Below, in pieces: positions 10,692-21,651 of a stretch of 64,000 nt of DNA (within the stretch, counting starts at the first letter, position 1; each line of letters opens with the position of its first letter). A program made the translations under genes and the position numbers. The DNA comes from a candidate division WOR-1 bacterium RIFOXYB2_FULL_45_9 (GTDB lineage: Bacteria > Margulisbacteria > WOR-1 > O2-12-FULL-45-9 > XYB2-FULL-48-7): contig MEUD01000001.1 of assembly GCA_001771575.1 (NCBI GenBank), forward strand, positions 991,277-1,055,276. The letters are read 5' to 3'. The notes beneath the pieces were generated by a model. That model was not told the DNA's origin. It saw only the letters and a list, made by a program, of their open reading frames with translations, and did no database searches.

Positions 10692-11639
10692 ATGATTCAC
10701 AACACAAGACCGGTACATTCAAGGATAACAACTACTTTCACGCCGAGGACCAACCAGCTGGCCGCCCTGCTTCGGACAATGGTCCGTTCGCTCGGCTTTG
10801 TCGGCGGGCTCGGTTTGCTCAACGCCGCTTGCGGTGGAGGGTCTGACGGCCCCACCGGTCTTGAGATCGCCAAAGAAGGGATCGACGCCGGTTCATTCAG
10901 CACTTTCGACGGGGGACGGGCCGATGCTCTCCCCGATGCCATCGCTCAACCGGAAGCCTCTCAAACAGACGCCGTCTCCGAAGAAGTCAAACAAGACCCG
11001 CCGGTCGGCATCCTCGCCCAGTCCGGCTGGCTCTATGTCCCGGCCGAGCAGATCGGCAAAACGGTTTTTGTGACCGCCAACTTCGCTCTCCAGGCCCCAG
11101 ACGGCACCCCAATGATCATCCCTGGGATCCAGAACGCCAAAAAAGTCGTGGTTGAATTTGTCACCGACTCGACCGAACTCCCAAATCTTTACGACGACCC
11201 GATGCGGGCGCCAAACGCCGCTTATCCCTGCGTTCCCGGAGTCTGCAACCTGGCGCTCGACGGCAGCGGCCAATATTTGATAAAATCGGTCCCGGCCAAT
11301 GAGCTTGGCGATATTATCACTCCATTATATTTAACGATGTTCAAAGCGGTTTCCAAGATCTCCAACAACGGCCAGGCCGTGGCGCCGCAGGAATCCCCTT
11401 TCGACCTGGAAACTTCTCCCAACATGGTCGGATCAGCGTGCGAACTGCCGGCTGAACTGACCAACATGGAAGCCGGGACCGCCTATTCCGCGCCGGCCTC
11501 TGTTGTGCTCAACCCCGACTTTTATCTTTCCGGCTCCATGCAGTGGGAAGGAGAGGCCCAGTTCGGCGTCAATACCGAGGGGGTCGCCTACTCCGGATAT
11601 GGTTTTAACGTAAAATTCATTGTAAGGGTGGTGGAGTAA
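10692..11639 (+). CDS. hypothetical lipoprotein-like protein with extended N-terminus
   Basis: SD AGGAGG; hydrophobic stretch ending LLNAAC (Cys47). Confidence 0.75.
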   Translation: MIHNTRPVHSRITTTFTPRTNQLAALLRTMVRSLGFVGGLGLLNAACGGGSDGPTGLEIAKEGIDAGSFSTFDGGRADALPDAIAQPEASQTDAVSEEVKQDPPVGILAQSGWLYVPAEQIGKTVFVTANFALQAPDGTPMIIPGIQNAKKVVVEFVTDSTELPNLYDDPMRAPNAAYPCVPGVCNLALDGSGQYLIKSVPANELGDIITPLYLTMFKAVSKISNNGQAVAPQESPFDLETSPNMVGSACELPAELTNMEAGTAYSAPASVVLNPDFYLSGSMQWEGEAQFGVNTEGVAYSGYGFNVKFIVRVVE

Positions 11640-11643
11640 AAAC

Positions 11644-14600
11644 ATGAAAAGCATCAAAAAAGCGGTCTGGACAATTTTCTTGATTTTCGGCTTGGTCACG
11701 CTAGGCAGTGCCTTTGCCGCGGCCGACGCCGTCATTATCCCGTCCAAGAGCGCGGTCAATCCGATCCACCAGACCCTCTACGTTCCAGACAACACGACTT
11801 CACCCGCCCGGATCAGGGTCTATTCTTATAACGGCTCAAGCTGGAACACCACCCCGACCAATATCACTCCAGCCGGGATATTGACCACCGCCAAGATCTA
11901 CGGCCTGACCGTTTCTGAAGACGGCTCTTCCCTTTTTGTTTCGATCAACGACCTGCGCCAATCGCGCGTCAGGATATACGCCCTTACCAGTGGCACACCC
12001 GGCACTTACCAGGACGCCACCTGGGCCAGAGACGGCTCCGGCAACCTGACCGAAGGGGATGCCTCGATCGCCGGTATGGCGGTCCAGGGAGACATGCTCT
12101 ATGTCGCCGACATGAACCTCGGCAGGATCCACTATTTTAAGAAAACTAACGGGACCTGGGCCCATAATGGCGACATTACCGGCGGCCTTTCAGTTTTGGG
12201 CCCGTATTTCGACGTCGCCGTTTCCGCTCCCGAAGCCAACGGCAATTACTCGATCTTTGTCACTAGAAAAAGCAACACATCAGCAAAAGAGCTTTTGGTT
12301 TACCGCTATGAGAGCGGCGCGGTCGTCAATACGCTCAAGACCTCTTTCGACCTGCAGGTCCCAACCTATCTTAAAATCGCCGGCGGCAAGCTCTGCATCG
12401 CCCTCAACGGGACAGACGGCGATGTCAAGATCTATACCATTAGCTCCACTTCCCCTTACCTGACCGAAAAAGCGACGATCTCCAACCCATCGGGGGTCAC
12501 CGCCAACTACGGCTGGAACGGGCTCGATGTCACGCCCGATAACAGTTACCTTTATTATATCCAGGCCCAGAACGCCAATGAAACATCAACCAAGATGTAT
12601 AAAGTTTACCTGCCAAGCGCCAATGGCGCGATCACCGCGCTCAACGTCAACAGCTACACGACCACCAGCAAGTATGACGGCCTGGCGATCTCTCCCGACC
12701 GCCTCCGGCTCGCCACCTCCTACAGCGGCGACGGCACCATCAAACAGTTTGACCTTAACGGCGATCTGGGGAATAGCGGAGCGATCGCCCCTGTCGTCAC
12801 TTCCATCACGCCGACCTCCGCCAACTGGGGGGAATCAAAAGCAGTGGTGATCAAAGGGGAACACTTCCTGGCTACTACCACTGTTTTTCTGGTAAACGGC
12901 ACCGAACATCAAATCTCGGCGCCTGTGGTTGTTTCTCCAACCACCATCAACGCAACGATTGACACAAATTTATTTGTCAATGAAACCAAGACCTATGCTC
13001 TGCGGCTCAAGAACGGGACTTCGCAGAACGATCTGCTTAGCGCTTTCACTATTAATAAGACCAACCAGGCCCCTATCGCTCCAACCGCCTCTGGTTTAAG
13101 CCAAAAGGTCGGCGGCCAAACGCTGGCTTTCGGCGGAAAGACCAACGCGGCATCAATCACCTTTGGGATGAAAATGTCCGATCCCAACAATCCGGACACC
13201 CTGACCCCGCAGACCAATATTGGCGGGGGAAGCTGGGTTTCCGGAACAGCGGTCTCTTACACCGGCACTGAAGTTAACGGCTCGGTAACCGTTGATATTA
13301 GCGGTTATGCCGATGGAAGCTACAACTGGAGCGCCCGGGTCAAAGACGCGGCCAATACCTACAGCAGCGCGACAGCCCCTACTTCCAACCCTGACTTTAT
13401 CATCGACCGGACGCCGCCCAAGGTCAGCTCCACCACCCCGGCCGAAGGGAGCGCCACCGCCGCCCCCAGCACCACCATTAAAATAGTTTTCAACGAAGCG
13501 ATGAAGACCTCGGTTTTCAACGGCGCCGCCGCCGTAGTCAAGATCGGCACCACCGTCATCGCGCACACCGAAAGCTACGACAACGCGACCAACACTTTGA
13601 CCATCACCCCAAGCTCGCCCGGCCTCCCGCCCGGCTCCGCGGTTAAAGTTTCGCTCTACAACAACAGCCAAAACCAGGCGATCGCCGACATCACCGGCAA
13701 CACTCTTGACGGCGACAAAGACGGGGTCAGCGAAGGGTACCCGACCGACGAGTTCAAGCTGAACTTCACTGTCGCCGGGACCAATTCCGCCCCGAATGCT
13801 TTCGACAAGATCTCTCCAACCAACGCGTCGATCCTTTACACCCTCTCCCCGACCCTGACCTGGGAAAACAATGGGGACCCTGACGCCGGAGATTATATCG
13901 ATCACTATATCGTGACGATCAAGAACAACAATACTCAAGTCACCACCGATTACACGGTGGCGGGAACCGAATCATCTTTCCCCACGCCGCTTCTTTCGGT
14001 TTCAAACACCTACTCCTGGCATGTGGCCGCTTTCGATAAATGGGGAGCCTCTTATGACTCGCAACCGTGGTGGTATTTCTCAATCCTTCCGGTCCCGACC
14101 CCGACTATTGACGCCAACGGGGTCAACCCGAATTCGGGCGAGCGGGGCCAAACGCTTAACGTGGAGATCACCGGGACCGGCTTCTACGACCAGACCGCGG
14201 TCTCCTTCAGCGGGACCGGCATCACCGTAAATTCAACCACCTATAACAGCGCGACAAAGGTCACGGCCAATATTTCAATCTCCAGTAGCGCCGCTCTCGG
14301 AGCTGGTGACGTGACCGTCACCAACCCGGGCAAAACACCGGCGACCCTGTCCGGCGCCTTTACCGTCACCGACCTGGTACCGACCCCGACCATCGACTTT
14401 AACGGGGTCAATCCAAATTCCGGTCAGCAGGGCCAAACGCTCAACGTAATTATTACCGGAACCGGATTTATCAGTTCAACCGATGTCGTTTTTAGCGGAA
14501 TGATCAAAGACATCGATGTTAACTCGATCACGGTCAACAGCGCGACCCAGCTTACCGCCAATATCAGCATTATGGGAACGGCGGCCACTACTTTCCGGAA

Positions 14601-16521
14601 CGTCACGGTCACCAACCCTGGTAAAACACCGGCGACCCTGGTCAATGGGTTCAAGGTTGAACCGGCGACCCTGGCGCCAACCATCAAGAGCATCACACCA
14701 GACAGCGCCCTGCAAGGGGAGACCGTTAAAGTCACAATTATTGGCGACAACTTTGAGCCGGGAGCGACCGTCCGTTTGACCAGGCTTTTCCAAACCCCGA
14801 TCAATGGAGGCAAGCTCATTTTTGTTTCCAACAAAGAGATTACCTGTGAGTTCCCGATCCCGGCTCTCGCCTCAACCGGACAATGGAATGTTGAGATCAT
14901 TCAAGGGACCGATAGCGCGGTTTTGACTAATGGTTTTACTATTATTTCATCTTCAACGATCGTCCCGACCGTCACCTCGATCGACCCCAACAACGGGGTC
15001 CAGGGAGAAACGGTCAACATCGTCAACGTCGTCGGGACAAACTTTGTGACCGGCGCGACCGTTAAGCTCTCGTTGAGCGGCCAGCCCGACATCAACGCGA
15101 CCAATGTTACCGTATTCGACAGCTCGCACATCACTTGCCGCTTCCCTCTGCCGCTCGGGGCAATGCTCGGCAAGTGGGACGTCACCGTCACCAACCCAAG
15201 CACCCTCTCCGGCACCCTACTGCAGGGTTTTGAGATCTTCGCGGCGCCGGGAACCGCTCCGGTCATCACCAGCATCACGCCTAACACCGGCAAACTGGGA
15301 GAGACCGTCGCCATTACCAATCTGGCCGGATCAAACTTCCTGAATGGCGCGACCGTTAAGATCGCCAAGACCGGTGAAACACCGATTGACGCGACCGGGG
15401 TCACCGTGATCAGCTCAAACCAGATCACCTGCTTCATTCCGCTTGCCGCGACTACCGTAACCGGCTCCTGGACCGTCATGGTCACCAATCCGGACACCCA
15501 GACCGGACAACTGACCGACGGGTTTAGCGTTACGTCGAGCGAAACCGACCCGGTCACCATTATTAATATTACCCGAGACGGTGACTCGCCCGGTTCGGGA
15601 ATCACTATAACCTGGACTACTGATCCTGCTAATATCGGAGTTGATGTTTACGCACTGACCTGCGCTATCGATCAACCATCAGCCAGCTACACATCGTACT
15701 TCACTACCGAAGCGACTAAGTGGAGCAAGGTCGCCGACAATCTGACCAGCGGAACATACCAGATCCCGAATTTAGTCGGGACCGGCAACGCGATTTACTA
15801 TAAGCTGATCGCTCACAACGCGACCCTGCAAGACAGCGACCTGCTGGCCAATGTTGTTGGAAAATTCGATCTGATCGTCGGACCGTCCGACACGCAACCA
15901 GACAAGTTCTTTGTTTCCCTGCCACTTGAGCCGATCGCTCCCAAAACCAATTCGGTCACCGATCTTTTCGGCAGCCAGGTTGGCGAGGGAGATGGGCTCT
16001 TGATCTTCAACATGAACAAAGACGTTACCTATGGCTCGCTCTATCAAGGCGGCGTTTGGGCCGCATTCCCGGGCGTACCAGCGATCAACAATTTGGCCGC
16101 CGGCCGGGCCTACGGATTCTTGACGCTGGCTGAAAAATACATCACCATTGTCGGTAAAGTGCCAACCGCGCCGACCAACGATCTGTCGCTGGCAGGTGGC
16201 TGGGACAGTGTTAAAGACCAGGCAGCGATTGCCGAATGGATTGGTAATGCTTATCCGACACCGATAAATATGGCTGTGTCCGGTTTGACCAGCGCCACTT
16301 CCATTGGCGATTCCCCTCTCAACGGCGGAACCGCATACCAGTTCAATGCCAACGCCGATCTGATGAACGGGGTTGACGGAATGGCGGTCAACACGACCGG
16401 TGGCTGGGTCAACGCGACGCTTAGCGCACCGGCCATGCTGCAGCTTGTCCCGGGTAAGGGCTATATGCTGAACGAACCGGTTAAACAGTCATTTAACTGG
16501 TCCCAGCCTAAGCCCTACTAA
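11644..16521 (+). CDS. large secreted surface protein: beta-propeller, IPT/TIG repeats, SbsA-type Ig-like and FN3-like domains, C-terminal family A domain
   Basis: Sec signal; PxIxSIxP...G..F repeats; DRTPPKV...IVFNEAM; C-terminal ITRDGD...ITW...YYK...VVGKF...W motif shared with the 47.7-57.3 kb paralogs. Confidence 0.85.
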   Translation: MKSIKKAVWTIFLIFGLVTLGSAFAAADAVIIPSKSAVNPIHQTLYVPDNTTSPARIRVYSYNGSSWNTTPTNITPAGILTTAKIYGLTVSEDGSSLFVSINDLRQSRVRIYALTSGTPGTYQDATWARDGSGNLTEGDASIAGMAVQGDMLYVADMNLGRIHYFKKTNGTWAHNGDITGGLSVLGPYFDVAVSAPEANGNYSIFVTRKSNTSAKELLVYRYESGAVVNTLKTSFDLQVPTYLKIAGGKLCIALNGTDGDVKIYTISSTSPYLTEKATISNPSGVTANYGWNGLDVTPDNSYLYYIQAQNANETSTKMYKVYLPSANGAITALNVNSYTTTSKYDGLAISPDRLRLATSYSGDGTIKQFDLNGDLGNSGAIAPVVTSITPTSANWGESKAVVIKGEHFLATTTVFLVNGTEHQISAPVVVSPTTINATIDTNLFVNETKTYALRLKNGTSQNDLLSAFTINKTNQAPIAPTASGLSQKVGGQTLAFGGKTNAASITFGMKMSDPNNPDTLTPQTNIGGGSWVSGTAVSYTGTEVNGSVTVDISGYADGSYNWSARVKDAANTYSSATAPTSNPDFIIDRTPPKVSSTTPAEGSATAAPSTTIKIVFNEAMKTSVFNGAAAVVKIGTTVIAHTESYDNATNTLTITPSSPGLPPGSAVKVSLYNNSQNQAIADITGNTLDGDKDGVSEGYPTDEFKLNFTVAGTNSAPNAFDKISPTNASILYTLSPTLTWENNGDPDAGDYIDHYIVTIKNNNTQVTTDYTVAGTESSFPTPLLSVSNTYSWHVAAFDKWGASYDSQPWWYFSILPVPTPTIDANGVNPNSGERGQTLNVEITGTGFYDQTAVSFSGTGITVNSTTYNSATKVTANISISSSAALGAGDVTVTNPGKTPATLSGAFTVTDLVPTPTIDFNGVNPNSGQQGQTLNVIITGTGFISSTDVVFSGMIKDIDVNSITVNSATQLTANISIMGTAATTFRNVTVTNPGKTPATLVNGFKVEPATLAPTIKSITPDSALQGETVKVTIIGDNFEPGATVRLTRLFQTPINGGKLIFVSNKEITCEFPIPALASTGQWNVEIIQGTDSAVLTNGFTIISSSTIVPTVTSIDPNNGVQGETVNIVNVVGTNFVTGATVKLSLSGQPDINATNVTVFDSSHITCRFPLPLGAMLGKWDVTVTNPSTLSGTLLQGFEIFAAPGTAPVITSITPNTGKLGETVAITNLAGSNFLNGATVKIAKTGETPIDATGVTVISSNQITCFIPLAATTVTGSWTVMVTNPDTQTGQLTDGFSVTSSETDPVTIINITRDGDSPGSGITITWTTDPANIGVDVYALTCAIDQPSASYTSYFTTEATKWSKVADNLTSGTYQIPNLVGTGNAIYYKLIAHNATLQDSDLLANVVGKFDLIVGPSDTQPDKFFVSLPLEPIAPKTNSVTDLFGSQVGEGDGLLIFNMNKDVTYGSLYQGGVWAAFPGVPAINNLAAGRAYGFLTLAEKYITIVGKVPTAPTNDLSLAGGWDSVKDQAAIAEWIGNAYPTPINMAVSGLTSATSIGDSPLNGGTAYQFNANADLMNGVDGMAVNTTGGWVNATLSAPAMLQLVPGKGYMLNEPVKQSFNWSQPKPY

Positions 16522-16539
16522 AATAGGAGGAATCATTAA

Positions 16540-19500
16540 ATGATCAAAAAAGTGAAGTCTTTTAAAAAATTGTTGCTTACCCTCCTAGCGGTGACACTAT
16601 TGACTGGGGCGGCTAACGCTTTGGCGGTAACTGTCTCTTGCAACGGCACCAATAGCCCGGCGAACCAAATTTATAACAGCACAGGGATCGGAGGAACGCT
16701 CCTTTCTGCCAGCAAATTCGTGCAAATCATTCAGTCCACCGACACTACTCCTGGCGCACCGGACCCAGCAACCGGCATTCCGGCTGGTGATTCAGTAGCA
16801 TCGACTGGAACCCTAGCTACCGCTGGTAATTTTTCAGCCAGTGTCAACATCACCACTAGCAACCATGTTTACATCCGAGCTTGGGAAACCTGGAACGGAA
16901 CCGGAACACCAACTGGCAAATATGGCACTTCCGAGTTAAAAAACGTCGGTACGGGTTTTACCTATACATTTAAACCGGCAAGTTTCGCGACCACTATTGA
17001 CATGCCGGTTCAAGCGACCCTTACTACCATCGCTCCCAACAGCCGCGGCCAGGGAGCACAGAGCCAAAGCCTGACTTTGACCGGTTCCAACTTCCAGAGC
17101 GGCGCCACCGTTCAGATCAGCGGCAGCGGGATCACCATTAATTCAACGACCGTCAACACCGCGACCCAGATTACGATCAACGTCAACATTGACACGGCCG
17201 CCGCCACTGGCGCCCGCAATGTCACCGTCACCAATCCGAGCGCAGAGGCCAGCAACACGGCCACGTTTACCATTAACGCCGGCCCTTTGGCGACCTCGGC
17301 CAATCCGGCCACCGCGGACCAGGGCTTTACCGGCAATGTCGTCCTGACCGGGACCAACTTCCACAGCGGAGCCTGGGCCGCCACCAACGCCGTTTTCAGC
17401 GGCAGCGGGATCACCGTCAATTCTGTCACTTTCAATAGCGCGACCCAATTAACCGTCAACGTCGCCATCGCCGCCGGAGCAACCGCCGGCGCGCGGACAG
17501 TCACTCTGACCAACCCCGATGACGCCGGTATCTTGACCAGCAGCGCGATTTTAACTATTAATACTGTTTCCACCGCTCCGACCATCACCAGGCTGGAGCA
17601 AACCAGCGCCCCCGGTGTGCCGATCACTTCGGCCAGCATCGGCGATGGTATTTCGATTATCGGTTCTAATTTCGGAGCAACTCAAGGAACCAGCACGATC
17701 GCGATTAACGGCACCGCTGTTACCGCATTTTACTACTGGAGCGCGGGCAAGATCGATATCGCGGTTCCAACCGGGGCAACTTCCGGCAACGTGGTCGTCA
17801 CTGTTAATAGCGTCGCCAGTAACGGGCAACCTTTGACGATCAACAGCGCTCCTCCGGCGCTTAGCGTCTCCACCAACAGTCTCCCCAACGGGACCGTCGG
17901 TGTCACTTTCAATCAAACCTTGCAAGCGTCCGGCGGCACTGCTCCTTACACCTCATGGGCAATTACTGTTGGTTCATTACCAGCCGGTCTGTCGCTCAAC
18001 ACTTCAACCGGAATGATTTCGGGAACGCCGACCACCGCTCAAACAGCTAACTTCACGGTCCAGGTAACCGATTCAGCCGCCATGACGGCAATCAAGGCGC
18101 TCTCGATCGTAATCGATCCGGCGGGGGTTGTAACCAATCCAAACATCTCCGGCATTAACCCGGCGACCGCTTATCTTGGCCAATCCATTATCATTAGCGG
18201 CGCTAACTTTGGCGCCAGCAAAGGGGCCAGCACCGTCTCGATCGGCGGCGTCAGCGCTCTCCCCGCCACCTGGAGCGACACTTCAATTTCCGTCGCAGTT
18301 CCTTCAGGTGTCGCCAGCGGAGCGGCCCAGGTCGTGGTCTCCGTCGCCGGCAAGACCGGCTCCAGCTCAATTTCAGTCGACACCAGCCGGACCTACCTCG
18401 AAGATTTTGAGGGAGGGTGCGTCGGCAACTGGACCATCGATAATAATAGCGACGGCAACCCGGATTCCGGCTACTACGCCTTTGGTACCGGGGTTGACCC
18501 AAATAACAGCACCATTACCGCCAACGGCCCGCAAGCCGAAGCGGCCAAAGAAGGGGCCAGGGGGATGAAGATCAAATACTCCTATACCTCTGATTGGGGC
18601 GGCGGCTGGGGAGCGGCTCTCGCTAACCAAATCAACCTCTCCAGCGCGGACAAGATCAATCTCTACGTCAAATGGGACGGCTCCAGCAACGACGTGAAAA
18701 TCGGCCTCAAAGATGCCGACGGAACTTCGTTTGCCGCTTCCGTCACCAACGCAACCCTGGCCGCCCTTTCGGGATACGGACAGGTTAGCCTTGACAAATC
18801 AAGCTTTGCTTACGACAAAGACGGCAGTGACACCGGCGCCGACGCCAGCTTCGACTGGACCAAGGTCGGAAGCTACAACCTTGTTTACACAACCAAGGGG
18901 ACAACCGCCAACTATCAATATATCGACAGCATTTTCGCGTCGACCGGGAGCACCCCGCCGCCGCCTCCACCTCCGCCAACCGGGGACGAGCCGGTCATCA
19001 CCGCGATCGATCCTGTCATCGGCCCGGCCGGGACCAAGATGACGATCACCGGTTACAACTTTAGGGACAAAGATACCAGCACCACCCGGAAGGTCCAATT
19101 TATCTCGGCCGCCAACGTCATCGTTGAAGCATCAATTATCAGCTGGGAAAGCACCCGGATCGTCCTGACCGTCCCTGCCGCTCTGGGGACCGGAGCCTAC
19201 GACGTCAAAGTCCTGGTTGAGTTCCCGTCAGCCTCTGACCCGAGCATTATCCGGTCGTTCTATTCCAACCCGGCCGCCTTCACCGTCACCGCAACCGCTC
19301 CCCCTCCGGGAACGATCATCGCCTACCCGACACCGTTCAATCCAAACAGCGGCAACCCGCTCAAGGTTGAGTTCGACCCGGGAAGCGCGACCAACATTGG
19401 GGTCTACCTGTTCGACATGACCGCCAAACTGGTCAAACGGGACAACATCTCCGTCGGCCAGTTTACCTGGGACGGCAGAGACACCTACGGCATGCCGGTC

Positions 19501-19587
19501 GGGGACGGGGTCTTCCTGGTCCGGATAGTCAACAACGAGAATCAGAGCCTGATCGCCAAAGGCAAAATCCTCGTCGTCAAGAAGTAA
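16540..19587 (+). CDS. secreted IPT/TIG + putative Ig + CBM11-like protein with FlgD-Ig/T9SS type A-like C-terminal domain
   Basis: Sec signal; N-terminal VQII...YIRAW domain; EDFEG...WGG...FDW carbohydrate-binding-like domain; C-terminus YPTPFNP...WDGRD..G..V.DGVFLVR...GKILVVKK. Confidence 0.85.
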   Translation: MIKKVKSFKKLLLTLLAVTLLTGAANALAVTVSCNGTNSPANQIYNSTGIGGTLLSASKFVQIIQSTDTTPGAPDPATGIPAGDSVASTGTLATAGNFSASVNITTSNHVYIRAWETWNGTGTPTGKYGTSELKNVGTGFTYTFKPASFATTIDMPVQATLTTIAPNSRGQGAQSQSLTLTGSNFQSGATVQISGSGITINSTTVNTATQITINVNIDTAAATGARNVTVTNPSAEASNTATFTINAGPLATSANPATADQGFTGNVVLTGTNFHSGAWAATNAVFSGSGITVNSVTFNSATQLTVNVAIAAGATAGARTVTLTNPDDAGILTSSAILTINTVSTAPTITRLEQTSAPGVPITSASIGDGISIIGSNFGATQGTSTIAINGTAVTAFYYWSAGKIDIAVPTGATSGNVVVTVNSVASNGQPLTINSAPPALSVSTNSLPNGTVGVTFNQTLQASGGTAPYTSWAITVGSLPAGLSLNTSTGMISGTPTTAQTANFTVQVTDSAAMTAIKALSIVIDPAGVVTNPNISGINPATAYLGQSIIISGANFGASKGASTVSIGGVSALPATWSDTSISVAVPSGVASGAAQVVVSVAGKTGSSSISVDTSRTYLEDFEGGCVGNWTIDNNSDGNPDSGYYAFGTGVDPNNSTITANGPQAEAAKEGARGMKIKYSYTSDWGGGWGAALANQINLSSADKINLYVKWDGSSNDVKIGLKDADGTSFAASVTNATLAALSGYGQVSLDKSSFAYDKDGSDTGADASFDWTKVGSYNLVYTTKGTTANYQYIDSIFASTGSTPPPPPPPPTGDEPVITAIDPVIGPAGTKMTITGYNFRDKDTSTTRKVQFISAANVIVEASIISWESTRIVLTVPAALGTGAYDVKVLVEFPSASDPSIIRSFYSNPAAFTVTATAPPPGTIIAYPTPFNPNSGNPLKVEFDPGSATNIGVYLFDMTAKLVKRDNISVGQFTWDGRDTYGMPVGDGVFLVRIVNNENQSLIAKGKILVVKK

Positions 19588-19599
19588 AGGAGAAGCCAT

Positions 19600-19626
19600 G
19601 AAATTCTTTACCAAACTTGACGATAT
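19600..19626 (+). promoter_or_regulatory. sigma28-like promoter GAAA-N15-GACGATAT
   Basis: Same spacing and TGAAATT context; followed by SD GAGGGGG and ATG at 19649. Confidence 0.6.
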
Positions 19627-19648
19627 ATATACGAGGGGGAAAAGCCAA

Positions 19649-21559
19649 ATGCTAAACATCAAATTGTCGCGTGCTTGTGTCGCTTTCTTATTGCTTACAG
19701 CTTTAAGCTTACAGCTTGTTAGCCCTGCCTTCGCCTCCGGCTACCTCGCTGACCCAATGAGCATCGGCGTCGGCGCCCGCTCTATGGGGATGGGGAAAGC
19801 GTATGTCGGTATGGCTGAAGACGGGGACGCGATTTTTACCAACCCGGCCGGGATCGCCGGCATCAGCTCCGCCAAGCTCTCCAGCATGTACACCAACCTG
19901 ATGGGGGACGTTAATTACACCGTCCTCGGCGGCGCCTTTCCTTATGGCGACAAGTCGGCCATCGGGATCGGGCTGGTCAGCTCACGCGTGGCCGATATTA
20001 CCCTGCGCGACGATACCGGAGCGATCACCGGCTCCAACCTGACCTGGGGGAGCCACGTTTTGTTCGTTTCTTACGGCACCTATTTAAGCGAACTGCCGCT
20101 CAATTTGAATTTGGGCAAAGATGTCGCTGTCGGAGCCAATCTCAAGTATTATAATGTCGGCGGCTCCGGGCTCGACGGGTCCGGCTCCGGTTTTGACGCC
20201 GATCTCTCGGCCCTTTATCCGGCCAATGAATACGCAACCCTCGGCGTCACCCTGCAGAACGCCCTGCCGGCCAGCATCGGGGCCAAGATCACCAAGTCTG
20301 GGAGCGATTACGACTCTATCCCGTCAACCCTTAAGGTCGGCGCCAAAGTCGCCCTGATGGATAAAGAAGGGAAAGGGCTGTTTACCAACAACAGCCGCAA
20401 GCTTTACACCAATGTCGATTACGATTATTATCCGACCAGGACCAGCGTCCCCGGAACTCTTCACGCCGGAATCGAGTTCTGGCCGACCGAAAACCTGGCC
20501 CTGCGGGCCGGTTCCGACAGTTCCGACCTGACCCTGGGGGTCGGTGTCCGGGCTTCCGGCGTCGCTTTCGACTATGCTTATCATCCTTACAGCGGGATCA
20601 CCGAAAACACCTCCCACTATTTCTCGATCAGCTACGTCGGCGACCCGACCAAACGGACCCTCCAGATCTCGGTCGACTCGCCGGCCGACAAAGCGGTCAT
20701 TTATGACGACAACATAAAGGTCTCCGGCAAGGTCAATTTCACCGAAGGGGAAATCGGCCCCACCATCAAAGACGTGACCATTAAGGTCAATGGGGTCAAT
20801 GCCCAGGTCATGCCTGACGGCTCCTTTACCGCCAACTCTCCGGTCAACAAATACGGCAAGAAACTGATCGTCGTGGAGGCAACCACTCCCGCCGGCGACG
20901 GCACGGTCAAAGAACTGCGGCTCGTCCGCCTGACTTCGTTTGCCGACGTTCCTGAAGGGTACTGGGCCAAGATGCCGATCGAAAACAACGCCACCGTCGG
21001 TCTGGTCCAGGGTTATCCGGACGGCAACTTCAAGCCGGCCAGCGCCCTGACCCGGGCCGAGCTCGCCACCCTGCTTGTCAGGGCCAGGGGGATAGAACCC
21101 TCCGCCGGCCGCGCCCGCCAGGTCTTCAAAGACGTCAAGCCTGATTTTTGGGGAGCCAAGTACGTTGAGATCGCCCAGCGCGAAGGACTGATCAAGGGTT
21201 ACCCGGACAAGACCTTCCGACCCAACAACAAGATCAGCAAAGCGGAAGGGATCGCCGTCCTGGTCCGCTTCGACAAGCTCGCTTTAGCGGAAGTCGACGC
21301 CAAACCGTACTGGGACGTCTCCATCCATCATTGGGCGGCCCGCCACATTCAAGCGGCCAAAGACGCCGGGATGCTCAAGTTCGTCGACAACAACAGGCTC
21401 GGTCCCAAACAAGTCTTAGTCCGCGCCCAGGCGGTTGACATGCTGGGTAAAACATCTCTGGCGAGTGGCAAGATCAAAGACCTCTACACCTGGGAAAAAG
21501 GTTTCCAGAAAGAGTTCACTCCAGAAGATCGGCCAAAGATCAGGGCGTCAGTTTACTAA
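19649..21559 (+). CDS. PorV/PorQ(FadL)-like outer-membrane beta-barrel fused to Ig-like and three SLH domains (alternative start 19598)
   Basis: GARSMGMGKAY...IFTNPAG PorV-type N-terminal motif; FDYAY barrel end; FADVP..YWA, GYPDGNFKP...TRAE SLH motifs. Confidence 0.85.
   Translation: MLNIKLSRACVAFLLLTALSLQLVSPAFASGYLADPMSIGVGARSMGMGKAYVGMAEDGDAIFTNPAGIAGISSAKLSSMYTNLMGDVNYTVLGGAFPYGDKSAIGIGLVSSRVADITLRDDTGAITGSNLTWGSHVLFVSYGTYLSELPLNLNLGKDVAVGANLKYYNVGGSGLDGSGSGFDADLSALYPANEYATLGVTLQNALPASIGAKITKSGSDYDSIPSTLKVGAKVALMDKEGKGLFTNNSRKLYTNVDYDYYPTRTSVPGTLHAGIEFWPTENLALRAGSDSSDLTLGVGVRASGVAFDYAYHPYSGITENTSHYFSISYVGDPTKRTLQISVDSPADKAVIYDDNIKVSGKVNFTEGEIGPTIKDVTIKVNGVNAQVMPDGSFTANSPVNKYGKKLIVVEATTPAGDGTVKELRLVRLTSFADVPEGYWAKMPIENNATVGLVQGYPDGNFKPASALTRAELATLLVRARGIEPSAGRARQVFKDVKPDFWGAKYVEIAQREGLIKGYPDKTFRPNNKISKAEGIAVLVRFDKLALAEVDAKPYWDVSIHHWAARHIQAAKDAGMLKFVDNNRLGPKQVLVRAQAVDMLGKTSLASGKIKDLYTWEKGFQKEFTPEDRPKIRASVY
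19693..19717 (+). repeat. GCTTACA/GCTTTAA heptamer tandem inside the signal-peptide codons
   Basis: GCTTACA GCTTTAA GCTTACA GCTT; related arrays at 23417, 25264 and 45410. Confidence 0.75.
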
Positions 21560-21571
21560 TGCCTGTAGTCT

Positions 21572-21580
21572 TGATATAAT
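21572..21580 (+). promoter_or_regulatory. sigma70-type extended -10 (TGATATAAT)
   Basis: Perfect TGnTATAAT in the intergenic region upstream of 21652. Confidence 0.55.
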
Positions 21581-21651
21581 TGTCGACATAAATAGTACCT
21601 CCGAGTGCATAATTAGTTTTATTGGATCCAAGTTTACTCGGAGGTAAGATA